DNA from: Balanoglossus misakiensis
Taxonomy: Eukaryota > Animalia > Hemichordata
Direction: 5' to 3'
Length of the DNA stretch: 64,000 nucleotides
NCBI GenBank assembly: GCA_040954595.2
Contig: CM082589.2
Location: 9,684,894 to 9,748,893, forward strand
Positions 41,863 to 54,150 of the stretch are shown here, piece by piece. The notes under the pieces were generated by a model. The model was not told the origin of the DNA. It ran no database searches and saw nothing but the letters and a program-made list of their open reading frames with translations. Both the position numbers and the translations under genes were made by a program. Every line of letters starts with the position of its first letter. Position 1 is the stretch's first letter.

Positions 41863-43029
41863 CTGAAGATAAACTGTAGTTAGGTAAACTTTTATAGTGA
41901 AATGTGGCTTTCCCCCCTCTTTTGTACCTTTTGTGATAAACATTAATCTCCTGCTTTAGGACAAAAGCAGGAGCGACTGCTTTACATACATGTAAATGTA
42001 CTAATTTCTAACTCCCTTGCTTATGCTTGTGTGAATAAGTTATTCTGTGTAGCTATCAACATGAAAATATTTCTTAGAAAGCAAAATGGCAAATGTTTAC
42101 CAAGCACCCTAAATTTACTTGTGTGAAACCAAGATAGAGAGGAACCTGTAAAAATAAGCAGTGATGCTGCTGTCCCTGTGTGCCCCTGTCACTTTGTTTC
42201 AGAGTTCAATTTTCATGTGTGTTATATTTAGTTCACAGCTGTAAATTAGTTCAGTACATATTGCCGTCTCATGTGTGCCTATTTTGTCATTTTTTTCTCC
42301 AGCGGCCGTGTAAGATTTCCAAGAAATTTGTCTGAGTCTTTCATCAATCCATTTGAGTAAGTTTTCCTTATTCTATTGTCATATACGGCATGCATGTATC
42401 CCTTGCTTGAGCAAGCCTTTTCGATTGCTTCTTTTCTCCTGTTACACTAAATTTAAATTTGTTGGGAAAATCAGTTTCATGACATGCATCACGTGTGTCA
42501 GAACATTTGCTTGTACTTAAATTCATGGGAAATGTTTTCTTTCTTTTTTGTGCTTATGAGTGACTATATGTATTTTTAGTGAGCAGCATTGTCCCACTAT
42601 TCAGATTAATTCCTTGGTTTTATTACTACCAGGTTGAGCATTGATATTTCTGAGGAAGACAAAGAGGAAGACATGAACCTATGTGACGATGATGATTATG
42701 ACTATGAGCCCAGCTTTGATATTTCTATAATGTAAGTGCGCATTTATCACTATCATCAAAGTTCCTTATTGGATGGGTACACAACAAATGGAAAGCAAAA
42801 TATCCTCATGGTTAAAAAAAGCCTAAGTGTTGGACGCTAAAATTCATATATATGATAAATTTTCTTTTATGAATGAAACATCAACTTACAACATTTGTAC
42901 TAACAGCTGACTGACAAACTCTGATGGACAAGTCATGAGCATTGTTAGGATTTTTTGTCCATTTCTCAGAACTAATGGCGTGCAGGTGGTTCCTGCCATT
43001 GGTGACGACGATATTGAAAGTGACGGTGG

Positions 43030-43063
<34 letters not shown>

Positions 43064-43550
43064 ACACCATCACCGGGTCTGCAGAGAGTTGTCACAGAAG
43101 AAGATGGGGAAAGCCTCCTTGGTGACTCTACAACATGTCTGTTTTTTTTAACCAGCTTCTGGCCCTTGGCAAAAAATCTATTAGGCAAGTCTGTGCATTG
43201 AAGTCTTGCAGTGGATTGATATCCTCTACTTCAAAGTTTGTTGGCTCAGCTTTATATCTAAAGTGGGTGAGTGTGAACTAAATATGGTATATTCTTGACA
43301 ATTATTGTTAAACTATACCAACTGTAGTGTGCATTGTATGGACAATCACTATGCCAGTATTATTTAGATGAACAGGAAACTCTAGTTATAATCCTATGTG
43401 GGTGCACATTGTTCCTTTAGGTTTATAATAAAAAACAATAGTCAACTGAAATTACAAAGTTATCGGTATTAACATCTGTTTTATCGTGTCTTGGAGAAAT
43501 CAACATGAAATGATCAAATAAGCATGAATCTTTAAACTTTTTTTTTTCAG

Positions 43551-43833
43551 GAATGCTCAGCTGGTCACCTTGAGTACGAATGGTGTTCACAACCAATTTT
43601 GAACAGGAGACTTCATAGTGGTGATCTCTTCACAGCAGCTGCCATTCTATTGTCTGGTAATAATTATGCCAAAATTAATTTTTTGGCAAGCATTCTGTCA
43701 CTCAGAATTTGCTCCCAGAATACTTACAATAGAATTCAGAAAGCTTATCTAATACCATGTCTTGATGAATTTTGGATACGACAACAACAAGACATCATTG
43801 ATTCATTTGATGGCCAAGAACTTGTTTTACTGG
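43551..43833 (+). CDS. Kolobok transposase exon (ECSAGH...WCSQP...SGNNYAK...ELVLLG)
   Basis: TTTCAG acceptor and GTAAGT donor; open frame that joins in phase to the GDGR exon. Confidence 0.85.
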
Positions 43834-44121
43834 GTAAGTTTTTAGCTTCATTGTTAATGACACGCACCTAATCTGATTGGCTCACCCCACTGATTATCCA
43901 TCACATGTCGGCCAATGCACTTGTAATTTATGTCTAAAAGTTTATACTTACACACTCTATTCTGCTGATTTAGAAAAGAATACAATAGTTATTATTTGGT
44001 GGCATTTACTTCCTCATTTGCATCATTTCATACTCATTGTAAAATCATTGAATTGGAAATGTTCTCACTTATGCATACTTATGTATAATTTGACTGACAT
44101 ATTTACTTGATTATGTCTCAG

Positions 44122-44358
44122 GTGATGGGCGAATGGATTCCCCGGGTTTTTGTGCGCAATATTGCACCTATACTGTGATGGAGGAAACCACCAAGAAAAT
44201 TCTGTCGATAATAACCATGGACAAAAGAGAAACAGAGAAGAAGTCAACAAACATGGAAAAGGCCTGCCTTGTTAAAAGTCTAAACCAGCTTCAGGAGAAA
44301 GGTGTAAATGTCAAAGAAGTCGTAACAGATGCCCACATGCAGATTACAGCTCTGATGA
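44122..44358 (+). CDS. Kolobok transposase catalytic exon (GDGRMDSPG...VVTDAH)
   Basis: CTCAG acceptor and GTAAGT donor; carries the first two catalytic-Asp motifs typical of Kolobok transposases. Confidence 0.88.
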
Positions 44359-44382
44359 GTAAGTGTAATTTTATGATTTTAA

Positions 44383-45177
44383 GATGGGTCCCTAGGATCT
44401 TTTTGCCCGTTGCTATGGGCCTTTATAGGACATTACACCCCGATTTGGACTAAGCCGTTTTCAGAGTCTAACAAGGGGCTGGTAACTAGTTGAAAATCTG
44501 CACGATTGTGAGCGCGCGCCCCCTGACGCCATTGATATGCAAATTAGCTAGGTCAAATTTCAAAAGCCTAAGGCTTTTTATTCCGTGACCTCAAAAACGA
44601 ACTTGATACGTATTCATTAGTTGCTTGAACCAGGGAAGATCGTGACGGATTTTGTTTTCGAATATTATCGTTGTATCCTACGATTTCAGCATACCCGTAC
44701 CACACCTGAAAAAGTCATCGATTTTGGGTGTTTTTGGACGCACTCTTCCACCGGTATCGCTTCTTAGCACGACGAAAACCGAAAAAACGATCCGTCACAC
44801 TATGCGGAAGTGCGTTCTCAACAAGCAGGTCAAATTTGGCTGGCCTACGTCGCCTATGAAAAAAGCCTTAGGGATTTTCGTGAACGGTACAAAATCTCTG
44901 TGTACAAAACATTGGATATTTAGCGTTCGATCCAGTTACTGTGGTTACAGGACGCGCACGCTATCGGTGACTGCTGCTTTGCCGTATTAGCGTGGCGGCC
45001 TATGGCCGGGCGGTAGCTGCCGTAACCATACTCGGACAGGGGGTGTGCACACAATCGTGCGTATTTTTAACTAGTTACAAGCCCCTTGTCGGACGTTCAT
45101 AACGGTTTCGATCAAAATTGAGTGTAGTGTCCTATAAAGGCCCATAGCAACGAGCAAAAAGATCCTAGGGACCCATC
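44383..45177. mobile_element. Non-autonomous DNA transposon (795 bp), TTAA TSD, ~115-bp TIRs (Kolobok-like GA...TC ends), intronic
   Basis: TTAA|GATGGGTCCCTAGGATCTTTTTGCCCGTTGCTATGGGCCTTTATAGGACA...TGTCCTATAAAGGCCCATAGCAACGAGCAAAAAGATCCTAGGGACCCATC|TTAA. Confidence 0.9.
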
Positions 45178-45663
45178 TTAACTTGGGTTATATGTTGCTT
45201 TGAAATGCCAAAAGCAAAGCTGTTATACAGGTCAATGTTGATTTTGTTTTTCTGAGATAATGTATTTGGCAATCATAACACTGTCATTTTGAAGCTCCAT
45301 TTGTAATCACATTTACCCACTCTTATAGGAGACGATCACCCAGACATAAAACATTCTCATGACATTTGGCATGCTGCCAAGAACTTGTCAAAGAAGATCA
45401 TAAAGGTTAGACAAACTTTTATTCTTGTATTCAGTTTTCATTTATCTTCTAAATATGTGTGACACTGACACATAACAATGTAAGGGTATAGAATGTTACT
45501 AACTGATCCTTCTATCATTTTGGGTGGGGTGGGTGTCAAACTACCTTTGAAAATAGTTATGGCAATATTCAAATTGTGCAGTTGTTATTTGCATCAGTAA
45601 ATGTCACAAACAAGTTCAGGTCTATGGTGAATAGTTATGAACCATCAGTTTATATCAGATCAT

Positions 45664-45817
45664 TGTGATAGTATTGTCATGATCACGTGATTGTCACATG
45701 GTCTGTATACGTGATTTCCTGTAACTGTTAGTTCCCGCGTGGTTGTCATTCAATAAACATCACTTCTGTGGAACTCCGTCGTTGTCGACTGTCAATAACC
45801 TCTCCCCGGACATCACA
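45664..45817 (+). repeat. 5' LTR (154 bp)
   Basis: TGTGATAG...GACATCACA with internal AATAAA; one visible mismatch to the 3' LTR. Confidence 0.95.
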
Positions 45818-45821
45818 TAAA

Positions 45822-45834
45822 TGGCGACGAGGAT
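45822..45834 (+). promoter_or_regulatory. Primer binding site, tRNA-Ser(GCU)
   Basis: TGGCGACGAGGAT is complementary to the 3' end ATCCTCGTCGCCA of metazoan tRNA-Ser(GCU). Confidence 0.85.
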
Positions 45835-45917
45835 TTAGTTGTCTAAATTAACTATCGAAGAACATACGCAAGCAACCTTTACGAGATTTGGTGACTTTTT
45901 AGCCGTGATTTGAGTGC

Positions 45918-48900
45918 ATGAAAATGTCTACACCCGTAACGCTGTCCGGACTGCCAGGAGTGGCGGGATTCGACTGTGAAGGCGAACCGGAGGCTCTTCA
46001 GCAAAGGTGGGAGCGTTGGCTTCAGGAATTTGAACTGTTCGTAGCAGCTTCTGGTGTTTCAAATAATGCGCAGAAGCGTGCCTTACTTTTGCACATGGCT
46101 GGAGCGGGCATCAGAGACATTGTTAGCACTAAATCTGAAGATGAAACTGGTGACGTCACAAACTGCGCAACGTTGATAGCATGTTTGGATAAACACTTTC
46201 AACTGCAGAAAAACGTTCCTATGGCGAGACAGAAGTTTTACAGCGCAACTCCCACGTCCGGGGAGACGGTCGACAGCTACGTAATACGTCTCAAGAACCT
46301 ACTGAAAGACTGTGATTTTCCCGAGACGGAAAAAGACAACCAGATAAGAGATCGTGTCTTGCTCTACATCAGCGACAAGGTGCTAAAAAGCAAGCTGTAT
46401 CGTGAAAAGAATTTGGACACTACCAAACTACTACAAATCATACGGTCGTATCACGACAAAGATGCACTAGTTTTGGTGTCTGGTACTCAAGCTGTGAGTG
46501 CAAATGCAGTCAATATTGGCGGTAAACGTACGCGCGCCAAAAACAAAATGGCGGACTTAGCCTGTTTCCGTTGTGGAAGGAAAGGTCACATGCAACGTGA
46601 ATGTCGCGCCAGTACAAGTGGTAGTTCTCGCAATGCCGAACAAAAATCCGACCGGTGTTTCCGATGTCAAAAACCGGGACACAGAGCTGCAGACTGTCGT
46701 GCTAAGTGGGAAGACTGTCCGTCTAAAGACAGTGAAAATGGCAACAGTCGAGGCAGTGGTGGTAACCGCAGCGCACGTGGACGTGGCCGTACGCGTGGTG
46801 ATGGTCGCGGTACACACAAGGTAGCTCAGACGACTACTGATGCAAACGCCGATGGTGGCCATGCAGACGTCGAGACTGACGAGGAGAAAGCGTACTATGC
46901 TTTCAATGCTGCTTTCCGTGCTTCCAGTGGGAAGGACCTCACTGATACAGGTATTCAGATCGAGAATCAACACGTGCCGGTTATCATCGACAGTGGTGCT
47001 ACATGTAATCTCATTGGTGAAAGACAATTTCGCAGACTTGCTGAAAAGCGTGGTGTGAAAGTTCGAAATTGTAACAATAAAGTGTTTACCTATGGTTCTA
47101 GTAAACCTTTAGATATATTGGGTAAATGTGCCTTACATGTTGAAGCGCCTACTAAAAAGAAATGTATTGCTGATTTTATAGTGATCAAGGCTGATCAACC
47201 GATTTTGTTGAGTCGGAGTACTTCTGAGAATTTAGATATGTTGAGAGTTGGAAATGTGAATCTGTACACGATAAATTCAATATCTGCTGATAATTCTTCG
47301 CCAATTCTTGCAGAATTGCGGAGGAAATATCCTGAGGTATTTAATGGGTTGGGTAAGTTAAAGGGCTACAAGCTCCATTTGCATATTGATGAGAGTGTCA
47401 AACCCATAGCCCAGTACCGGCGAATTCCTTTCAACCGCCGTGCTAAAGTTGTTGAAAAAACTCAACGAGCTTCAAAAGCTGGGAGTAATAGAGAAGGTTT
47501 CGGGTCCGACCTCTTGGGTCAACCCCCTTGTAACAGTACAAAAGCCTGATGGGGATATCAGACTATGTCTGGACATGAGAAAAGCAAATCAAGCCATTGT
47601 TAGGGAAAGACACCCTGTTCCCACCATGGATGAAACGCTAGAGGAAATTTCAGGGGCCAAGGTATTTTGCAAGCTTGATATGAATATGGCTTTCCATCAA
47701 ATTGAGCTCGATGAAAAGAGCAGGGATATTACAACCTTTTCAGGGCCCAACTCTTTGTATCGCTACAAGCGTTTAGTTTTTGGTGTGAACATGGCGACTG
47801 AAAAGTTTCAAAATCTAATTAGCCAGGTTTTGAAGGGCTGTGAGGGTGCCCACAACATGCATGATGATATTAGAGTAGTAGCTGAAAATTATGAGCAGCT
47901 GCATGCCAGAGTTGGGAAAGTGATCAAGCGTTTTAGTGAGCATGGTTTAACGCTGAACTTTACAAAATGTAAGCTAGGAGACAGTATGATATTCATGGGT
48001 CACTTGATGACGGCCCAGGGTATGAAACTCACTGATGAGAAGGTCAAAGCTATTGTAAAAGCTCGAACGCCAACTGACAAATCAGAATTGAGAAGTTTCT
48101 TTGGGCTGGCTCAATTTTGCTCAAAATATGTCGATAAATTTGCAACAGTGACAAGCCCACTGTGGGATTTGACTCGCAAAGATGCAAAGTGGAAATGGCT
48201 TCCCAAGCATGAGAAAGTATTCAATCTCATCAAACATAAATTGACCACAAGTCCATTCATGGCTTATTTCAAGCAGGGTGCTAAAACTCGAGTCACTTCT
48301 GATGCATCGCCCGTTGGTGTTGGAGCAATCCTTGAACAAATGCAAAGTAATGGTTCATATCAACCAGTGTACTATGTTAGCAGAAAGCTTACACATGTTG
48401 AGTCGAGGTACTCTCAGTTTGAGCGAGAGGCGCTTGGAGTTAAATGGGCATGTGAGAAACTTCAGCAGTTTCTGCTAGGCAGTCATTTTGAGGTCAGAAC
48501 TGACCATAAGCCTTTATTGAAAGTATTCAGCCCTAACTCCAGGCCCCCTTCAGCTAGAATTGAGAGATGGCTGTTATATATGCAACAATTTGATTATCAT
48601 ATCACCCATATCAAGGGAAAGAATAATTATGCGGACATGTTGAGTAGATTGCCCGTGGACGAACCATCTGACAACTATTGTAGAGAGACTGAAGATTTTG
48701 CATGTAGTGTTGTTTTAGAGGCTATGCCATCTGCTATCACCCCACGTGATATTGAGAGAGAATCTGCAAAAGACCAGAGCTTGCAATTGGTTGAAAAGTG
48801 TATTACCTCTGCAAATTGGTCAAAATTGAAGTCTTCACCCTAATGGCATGTGAAAGACGAATTATGGTTGTATGGCAGATTGATCATGCGTGGTAACAGA

Positions 48901-50259
48901 TTGGTTGTTCCTCAAGTTTTGCAAAGAAAAATCTTGAAAATTGCACACCAGGGTCATCAGGGAATTGTGAGGACAAAGGCTCGTTTACGTGACAGAGTTT
49001 GGTGGCCAGGAATGGACAGGGATGTGGAAAAACTGATACGATCCTGTCATCCATGTCAATTGGTCAGTGCCAGGCCAAACCCAGAGCCATTATTACCCAC
49101 ACAGTTACCTGAAGGACCATGGTTCGATTTAGCAGTTGATCTTTTGGATGTATGTGATGGTGAGAAATTACTAGTGGTAACTGATTTATACTCTAGATGG
49201 CCTGAAGTAGTTTTGTTAAAGAAAACAGATGCTGCCCATGTCATAAAAGCCATGGAAGCTATGTTTCTTACACATGGGTTGCCTTACTGTGTCAAATCAG
49301 ACAATGGTCCACCTTTTACCTCAGCCGAGTTTGAAGGTTTCCTTGATTACTTAGGTATTGATCATGAATATTCCATTCCATACTGGCCTCAGAGCAATGG
49401 AAGTGTTGAGAGGCTGAATGAAATAATTTTGAAGTCTGTACGAATTGCTAAATTGCAAAAGAAAAGTTGGTACAAAGATTTGACACATTTTCTATTTGAA
49501 TATAGAAATACACCCCATACTGTGACAGGCATATCTCCTGCTATGGCTCTGATGGGAAGAGAGTTTAGGGACAAAATTCCTAGACTGAGAATTCCATCCC
49601 AAACAATCAATGAGTCTGATTGGCAAATCAAAATGAGAGAAAGAAACAACAGAATGAAAATGAAACAAAAGTTCTATGCCGACAACAGGAGACATGCCAC
49701 TTCCTCAGATATCAGGGAAGGTGATACTGTTTTGCTCCAGCAAGCATTTAGGCAAAACAAACTCACTCCCAATTTCGAGACAGAACCATACAAAGTCATC
49801 CAGAAAGATGGAGGTGCGTTATTATTGGAAAACTCCAAAGGTGTAAAAAGAAGGTCCACTGGACATGTAAAGAAATATGTTGAGGAATATCCAGAATTTT
49901 CCTTCCAGGGCACTGAATGGAACTCCAAACATTTGACATATGAACAACCTCAAAGGGTTCAAAATGGTGTTCCATCCTGTAACCCCCATATCCATGATTT
50001 GTCTACACATAACAACCTGGATAACTTGCCAGTATAACCCGTCTGTTCTAGTCAGAAATCAACTGGACCAGCATGTCCTAGTCCTGTTTCACCTACTGGT
50101 ACAGCATCGTTGGAAACGATTGTAAATGTTCCTCCAACAATGCCAGTGACAAATTCACCTAAGACAAATGTAAACCCCAATAGTACTGATGTGAGACGCT
50201 CAACAAGAATAAAATCTAAACCTCCTTGGCACAAAGACTATTGCATGCCAGAAGGATAG
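45918..50259 (+). pseudogene. gag-pol: Gag-Pol polyprotein, disrupted by one frameshift and two stops
   Basis: Two CCHC knuckles, protease IIDSGA, RT (RLCLDMR...MHDD), RNase H (SDAS), integrase (HHCC, SDNG) and C-terminal RRSTR..KPPW. There is an extra A at ~47455-47460 and TAA stops at 48841 and 50035. Confidence 0.93.
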
Positions 50260-50497
50260 ATTATATTGACATAAGACTGTCCACAAACATTATGGAATGA
50301 GTTTCTGTAGAGCAAATTTTCTCTTGGAGATTTGTATTTTCCTAGTTATGAAGTTCTCAAGTTCTTGTTAAGGTTAAGGTTCTGTTTGTTTTCGTTTGTT
50401 AGAACATGATCATTCACAAAGCATTACAATTTGACAGTGTTGGCAAATTTCATACTTTCCAAAGCGAGTTGTAAACTTAAAGTACAAGTTTTCTTCT

Positions 50498-50510
50498 AAA
50501 GTTGAGGAGA
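50498..50510 (+). promoter_or_regulatory. Polypurine tract
   Basis: AAAGTTGAGGAGA immediately precedes the 3' LTR. Confidence 0.7.
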
Positions 50511-50664
50511 TGTGATAGTATTGTCATGATCACGTGATTGTCACATGGTCTGTATACGTGATTTCCTGTAACTGTTAGTTCCCGCGTGGTTGTCATTCAA
50601 TAAACATCACTTCTGTGGAACTCCGTCGTTGTCGACTGTCAATAACCCCTCCCCGGACATCACA
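50511..50664 (+). repeat. 3' LTR (154 bp)
   Basis: Direct repeat of 45664-45817, followed by TSD ATCAT. Confidence 0.95.
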
Positions 50665-51060
50665 ATCATGAGTGTATTCTGTGTTTTTTTAAGGCTGCAC
50701 AAAACAAAGAGTGCAAACCACTGCTGAAATGGGTGACCCACATTGTGAACCACTTTTGGTATTGTTGTCAAAAAGCATCAGATATGGACAAGTTTCTGGT
50801 AAGTATTACTTATCATCAGCTAGCCTAGATGTTAAAATGTGTGATACTATAGAGACTTCTTAGGGTAATCTTAAAAATTAATATTTGATAATAAATATTG
50901 AGACATGTTTTAACATTCAATTGGATTGGTTGCTGCTGTTTTGCTGTGCATTGAACATGTCATAGTTCATGTTATTGCAATAGTGATTTATGGGATTGTA
51001 AACTTTACTAGGGCAGAGAATAAGTACCCCTGGCCCTTGCTAGGGCAGAGAATTGGTACC

Positions 51061-51697
51061 CCTGGTTAATACTTGGCAAAAAGCAATTTTATTTTACATT
51101 GCTAATGAAATGGTGACACTGAATCTGATTCTTTGCATCAGGGTAAATGGCGATGCAAGCTTGATGATACATCCCGGTAGATAGTGATGCAAACACTTCA
51201 CTTTGACATGGGTATTAAATGCATGTGGGGATTAAAAGTTGACTGAAAATCCCTGGGTTAATACAAGTCCAAAAGCACTGAAATTTGACATAGCTAATAC
51301 AATGGTGACATTGAATGTGATTCTTTGCATTAGGGGAAATGGCGTAGCAAGCCTAATGATGCATCAGTGTAGATGGTGATCCAAGCTCTGCGCTTTGGCA
51401 TACGTATTTAATGCATGTGCATGGGTATTTAATGTTGAATGTAAATTCCCAGGTTAATATATGCATGGGTATTTAATGTTGAATGTAAATTCCCAGGTTA
51501 ATATATGCATGGGTATTTAATGTTGACTGTAAATCCCTAGGTTAATACATGGCCATAAGTACTGTAAGGGGTAGATGGTGATGCAAGCTCTGCACTTTGA
51601 CATGGGGATTAAATGCATGCTGAGGGGGATTTTAAGTTGTCTGTAAATCCCCAGGTTGATATGTGGCCAAAAGCACTGTAATTTGACATTGCTAATG
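51061..51697. repeat. Short array of the ~195-bp satellite, with an internal 44-bp triplication
   Basis: Same monomer as 19127-35135; ATGGGTATTTAATGTTGA at 51421, 51465 and 51509. Confidence 0.9.
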
Positions 51698-53461
51698 ATG
51701 GTGAGCTGTACTCCCCAGGGAGTTGAATGGAATGTTTAGGTCCAACGACCTAGGTCAAATGACCATGGAACAACTTTAAAGCATGTTGAGATTTAATGTG
51801 CTACATAAGTTATAAATATTATATTAATATTATTACATAAACAACACTCTTACCTAGCTAAGGAAGTGGTCAGGTGAAAAATATTTGCAGAGCTGACCAA
51901 TTATTTAAGGAATATTAAAGTTGGGTAATTTGGACGTATTCATACGGGTGTTGGTCAATGGAAAGTCCTTTGTTCATTTTCAAAATGGCAACCAAAAATG
52001 CGAACAAAACACACTGAATTATGTACGGGATATTGGTGTTGCCTAATTTGCGTGTTTCCACATTTACTTAAACTCTCACAGGGAGACAAATGTCACAGCA
52101 AACGGAAAAATGACTATGCTACACACAACACTTTTATTGATCATGGAAAATGTTCATGAGAATTGTGTTATGGTACTTTTCGGGGCTCACGACCTGTGTT
52201 ATAGGAAATCTGACAAGGAATCCAAACTGTACCACATACACAACACTTTAATTAAGCATGGGAAATGGTCCTGAGAACAATATTCTCAGAGTTGACAAAC
52301 TGTGTTATCTGCGTTATATTGATGTTGTCTAATTTACACGCCTGTACATTTATTTATACTCTGACTTTGAGCTTAATAAGGCAGCGCCTGCTAAGGTCAA
52401 TTTCCCACGTACACTTTTAATTAGCATAGATAATGATCATGATAACTTCATTTTCAGAGCTGACAAACTGTGTTATGTGAAATTCATGTTGCCTATTTCA
52501 TGATAATGGCTTGTGGTACACAAGGGTTAACAGCAATAAGCAATTGCTTGTATGATAGGTATAATGATCGATTTACAAATTTCAATGGTATAATAATGGG
52601 CAACACATGTGGAAGTGTTTAATAAACAGTTAACTGATGTGGTGATGGTTTGTGGTAAAATTGAGGGTACACAGATTATAATGGGCAAAACAATGAATAT
52701 AATAGAGGTTGATGATGGTGAATGGTTTCATATGAATGGTGTAATAAAGGTTAACAAATGTGGTGATAGCTTTGGTGTACAGGGCTGTTCATATCTTTAG
52801 TAATGACAAAGGTATAATAGTGATAAAAGCTTAAATAAGTGTTAGGGCACAATCTTCATGATGGTTCATTCATTGGTTAATGTGTATATTTTATTAATAT
52901 CATGCTATTGTTTATCAGTTAGATCATAATCAGGGTTTTTCCATGCACATAGTCATCATGAATCAGCGGAATTCTTCTGAATAGTACCTGTGATCATTTT
53001 TGCGCACCGACGCATTGTACGCGACAGACATGCAGAAAATATTAACATGTAACTCACAGGCATAGTGTTAAATCTAAACGACTATATGTTAGATAAGCTT
53101 TACCTCCCCACCCCATCAAAATTCCAAATTTAGCTTGATGTGACGTTTTCGGGTAGTACCAATTCGGAAACTTTCATGGTTCATTCATTGAACCAAATAT
53201 TGGATTTGACACACTGTGTCTTGGGTGGGTAAAGCATGGTGAAATGTTGGCAGTAAACTTTAACCAGACAGGTCACATGAAAGGAAGATTTTATCATTTG
53301 AGTTCGATGGCATACATGATAAGATATGTCAGTTCTGACACCATTTTTGCAGACGTAGATGCTGATGTATTTTTTCCATTGGACACAATACTCAAAGTCC
53401 AGTCTGTGTTTAAAATGATACCCTGGTCACACACAGTGAGAAATGTCAGCCTTTGACTTAA
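51600..53461. repeat. Segmental duplication, copy 2 (Kolobok-empty allele of 37676-39363)
   Basis: Colinear with copy 1; continues ...GACTTAATTATCTAAT without the element. Confidence 0.88.
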
Positions 53462-53659
53462 TTATCTAATTTATGCATTGTTAACAATGCACTGTGACAT
53501 TTACTGCATGTATTTTTCCCACTGTGGAAACTTACTATGCTTTGAATACATGTTCCCTAATGGGGTGTTAAAGGATACAGTAGGATCTGTTTCGGTAGCA
53601 AATATGACACTGTTTTCAACATATTTGACTGGTGGCAATATGTGGTTTTACGTTGGTAT

Positions 53660-54150
53660 CCATCATGTAACTCAGATCACCTATATGAAGCTCCATAGTA
53701 AATTTCACAGAAGTCGGCTGATCAATTCCAGAAAAGTAGATTTTTTACCAAAAATGTGGAAAAAGACAAAAAAATGCATAACAAGTAGAAAATTCACACT
53801 ATTAGCTTAAAACATACAGAAATGTGTGAGGCTAATATAAGGTACTATCATACCATTTTTTCAAATCAACATGACCAGGACTTGTCGTGTTTCTGAGTTT
53901 TGACCAAATTAAGGTTTTCCCAGCTAATTTGTATATATTTTTGGCAATGACAACTTCGTTTGAACAAACTCCCATCTACAGCCTAGCATGCATCTACACA
54001 CCAAATATCGAGGTTATTGGCGCAACGGTTTTCAAGTTTTTGATGTGTACGGACATACATCCATCTATCCGTCCATATGTCCATACATACATACAGACGC
54101 AACCAAATCCATAAGGTCCCACTGTATATACCTATACAAATGGGACCAAA
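53660..54150 (-). mobile_element. HINE-like element fragment (different family), minus strand
   Basis: The minus strand reads T-run, GGTCCCA...TGGGACC hairpin, then GTCT/GTAT/GGAT microsatellite, a typical HINE 5' head. The other end was not identified. Confidence 0.55.

Larger units (their letters stand above)
45664..50664 (+). mobile_element. Full-length Ty3/Gypsy LTR retrotransposon (Mag-like), 5-bp TSD ATCAT
   Basis: Two 154-bp TG...CA LTRs; ATCAT at 45659-45663 and 50665-50669; PBS, PPT, and gag-PR-RT-RH-IN order. Confidence 0.97.
39656..50798 (+). pseudogene. Multi-exon Kolobok DDE transposase (3'-truncated, 1-2 frameshifts)
   Basis: GT-AG exons: 39656-39870, ~40479-40589 (phase conflict), 40846-40971, 41316-41429, 42303-42356, 42633-42731, 42970-43266 (-1 in T-run ~43142-43149), 43551-43833, 44122-44358, 45329-45405, 50694-50798. 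Motifs: C..GH...W.SQP, AILLSGNNYAK, GDGRMDSPGFCAQYCTY, VVTDAH, HDIWH, W...IVNHFWYC. Confidence 0.85.
39364..51060 (+). mobile_element. Kolobok DNA transposon (autonomous type), 3'-truncated
   Basis: Starts TTAA|AGGGACAAAGTCTCTC; the empty TTAA site is in the paralog at 53458. Encodes a spliced Kolobok-type transposase. No right TIR; the sequence switches to satellite at ~51061. Confidence 0.85.

Noticed and set aside
44652-44990. 112-aa ORF inside the TTAA element
   Set aside because: Non-ATG start and no transposase motifs; internal to a non-autonomous element.
47440-47470. Programmed ribosomal frameshift between gag and pol
   Set aside because: The shift lies after the protease at the start of RT, and removing one A restores a single ORF, as usual for Mag-like elements.
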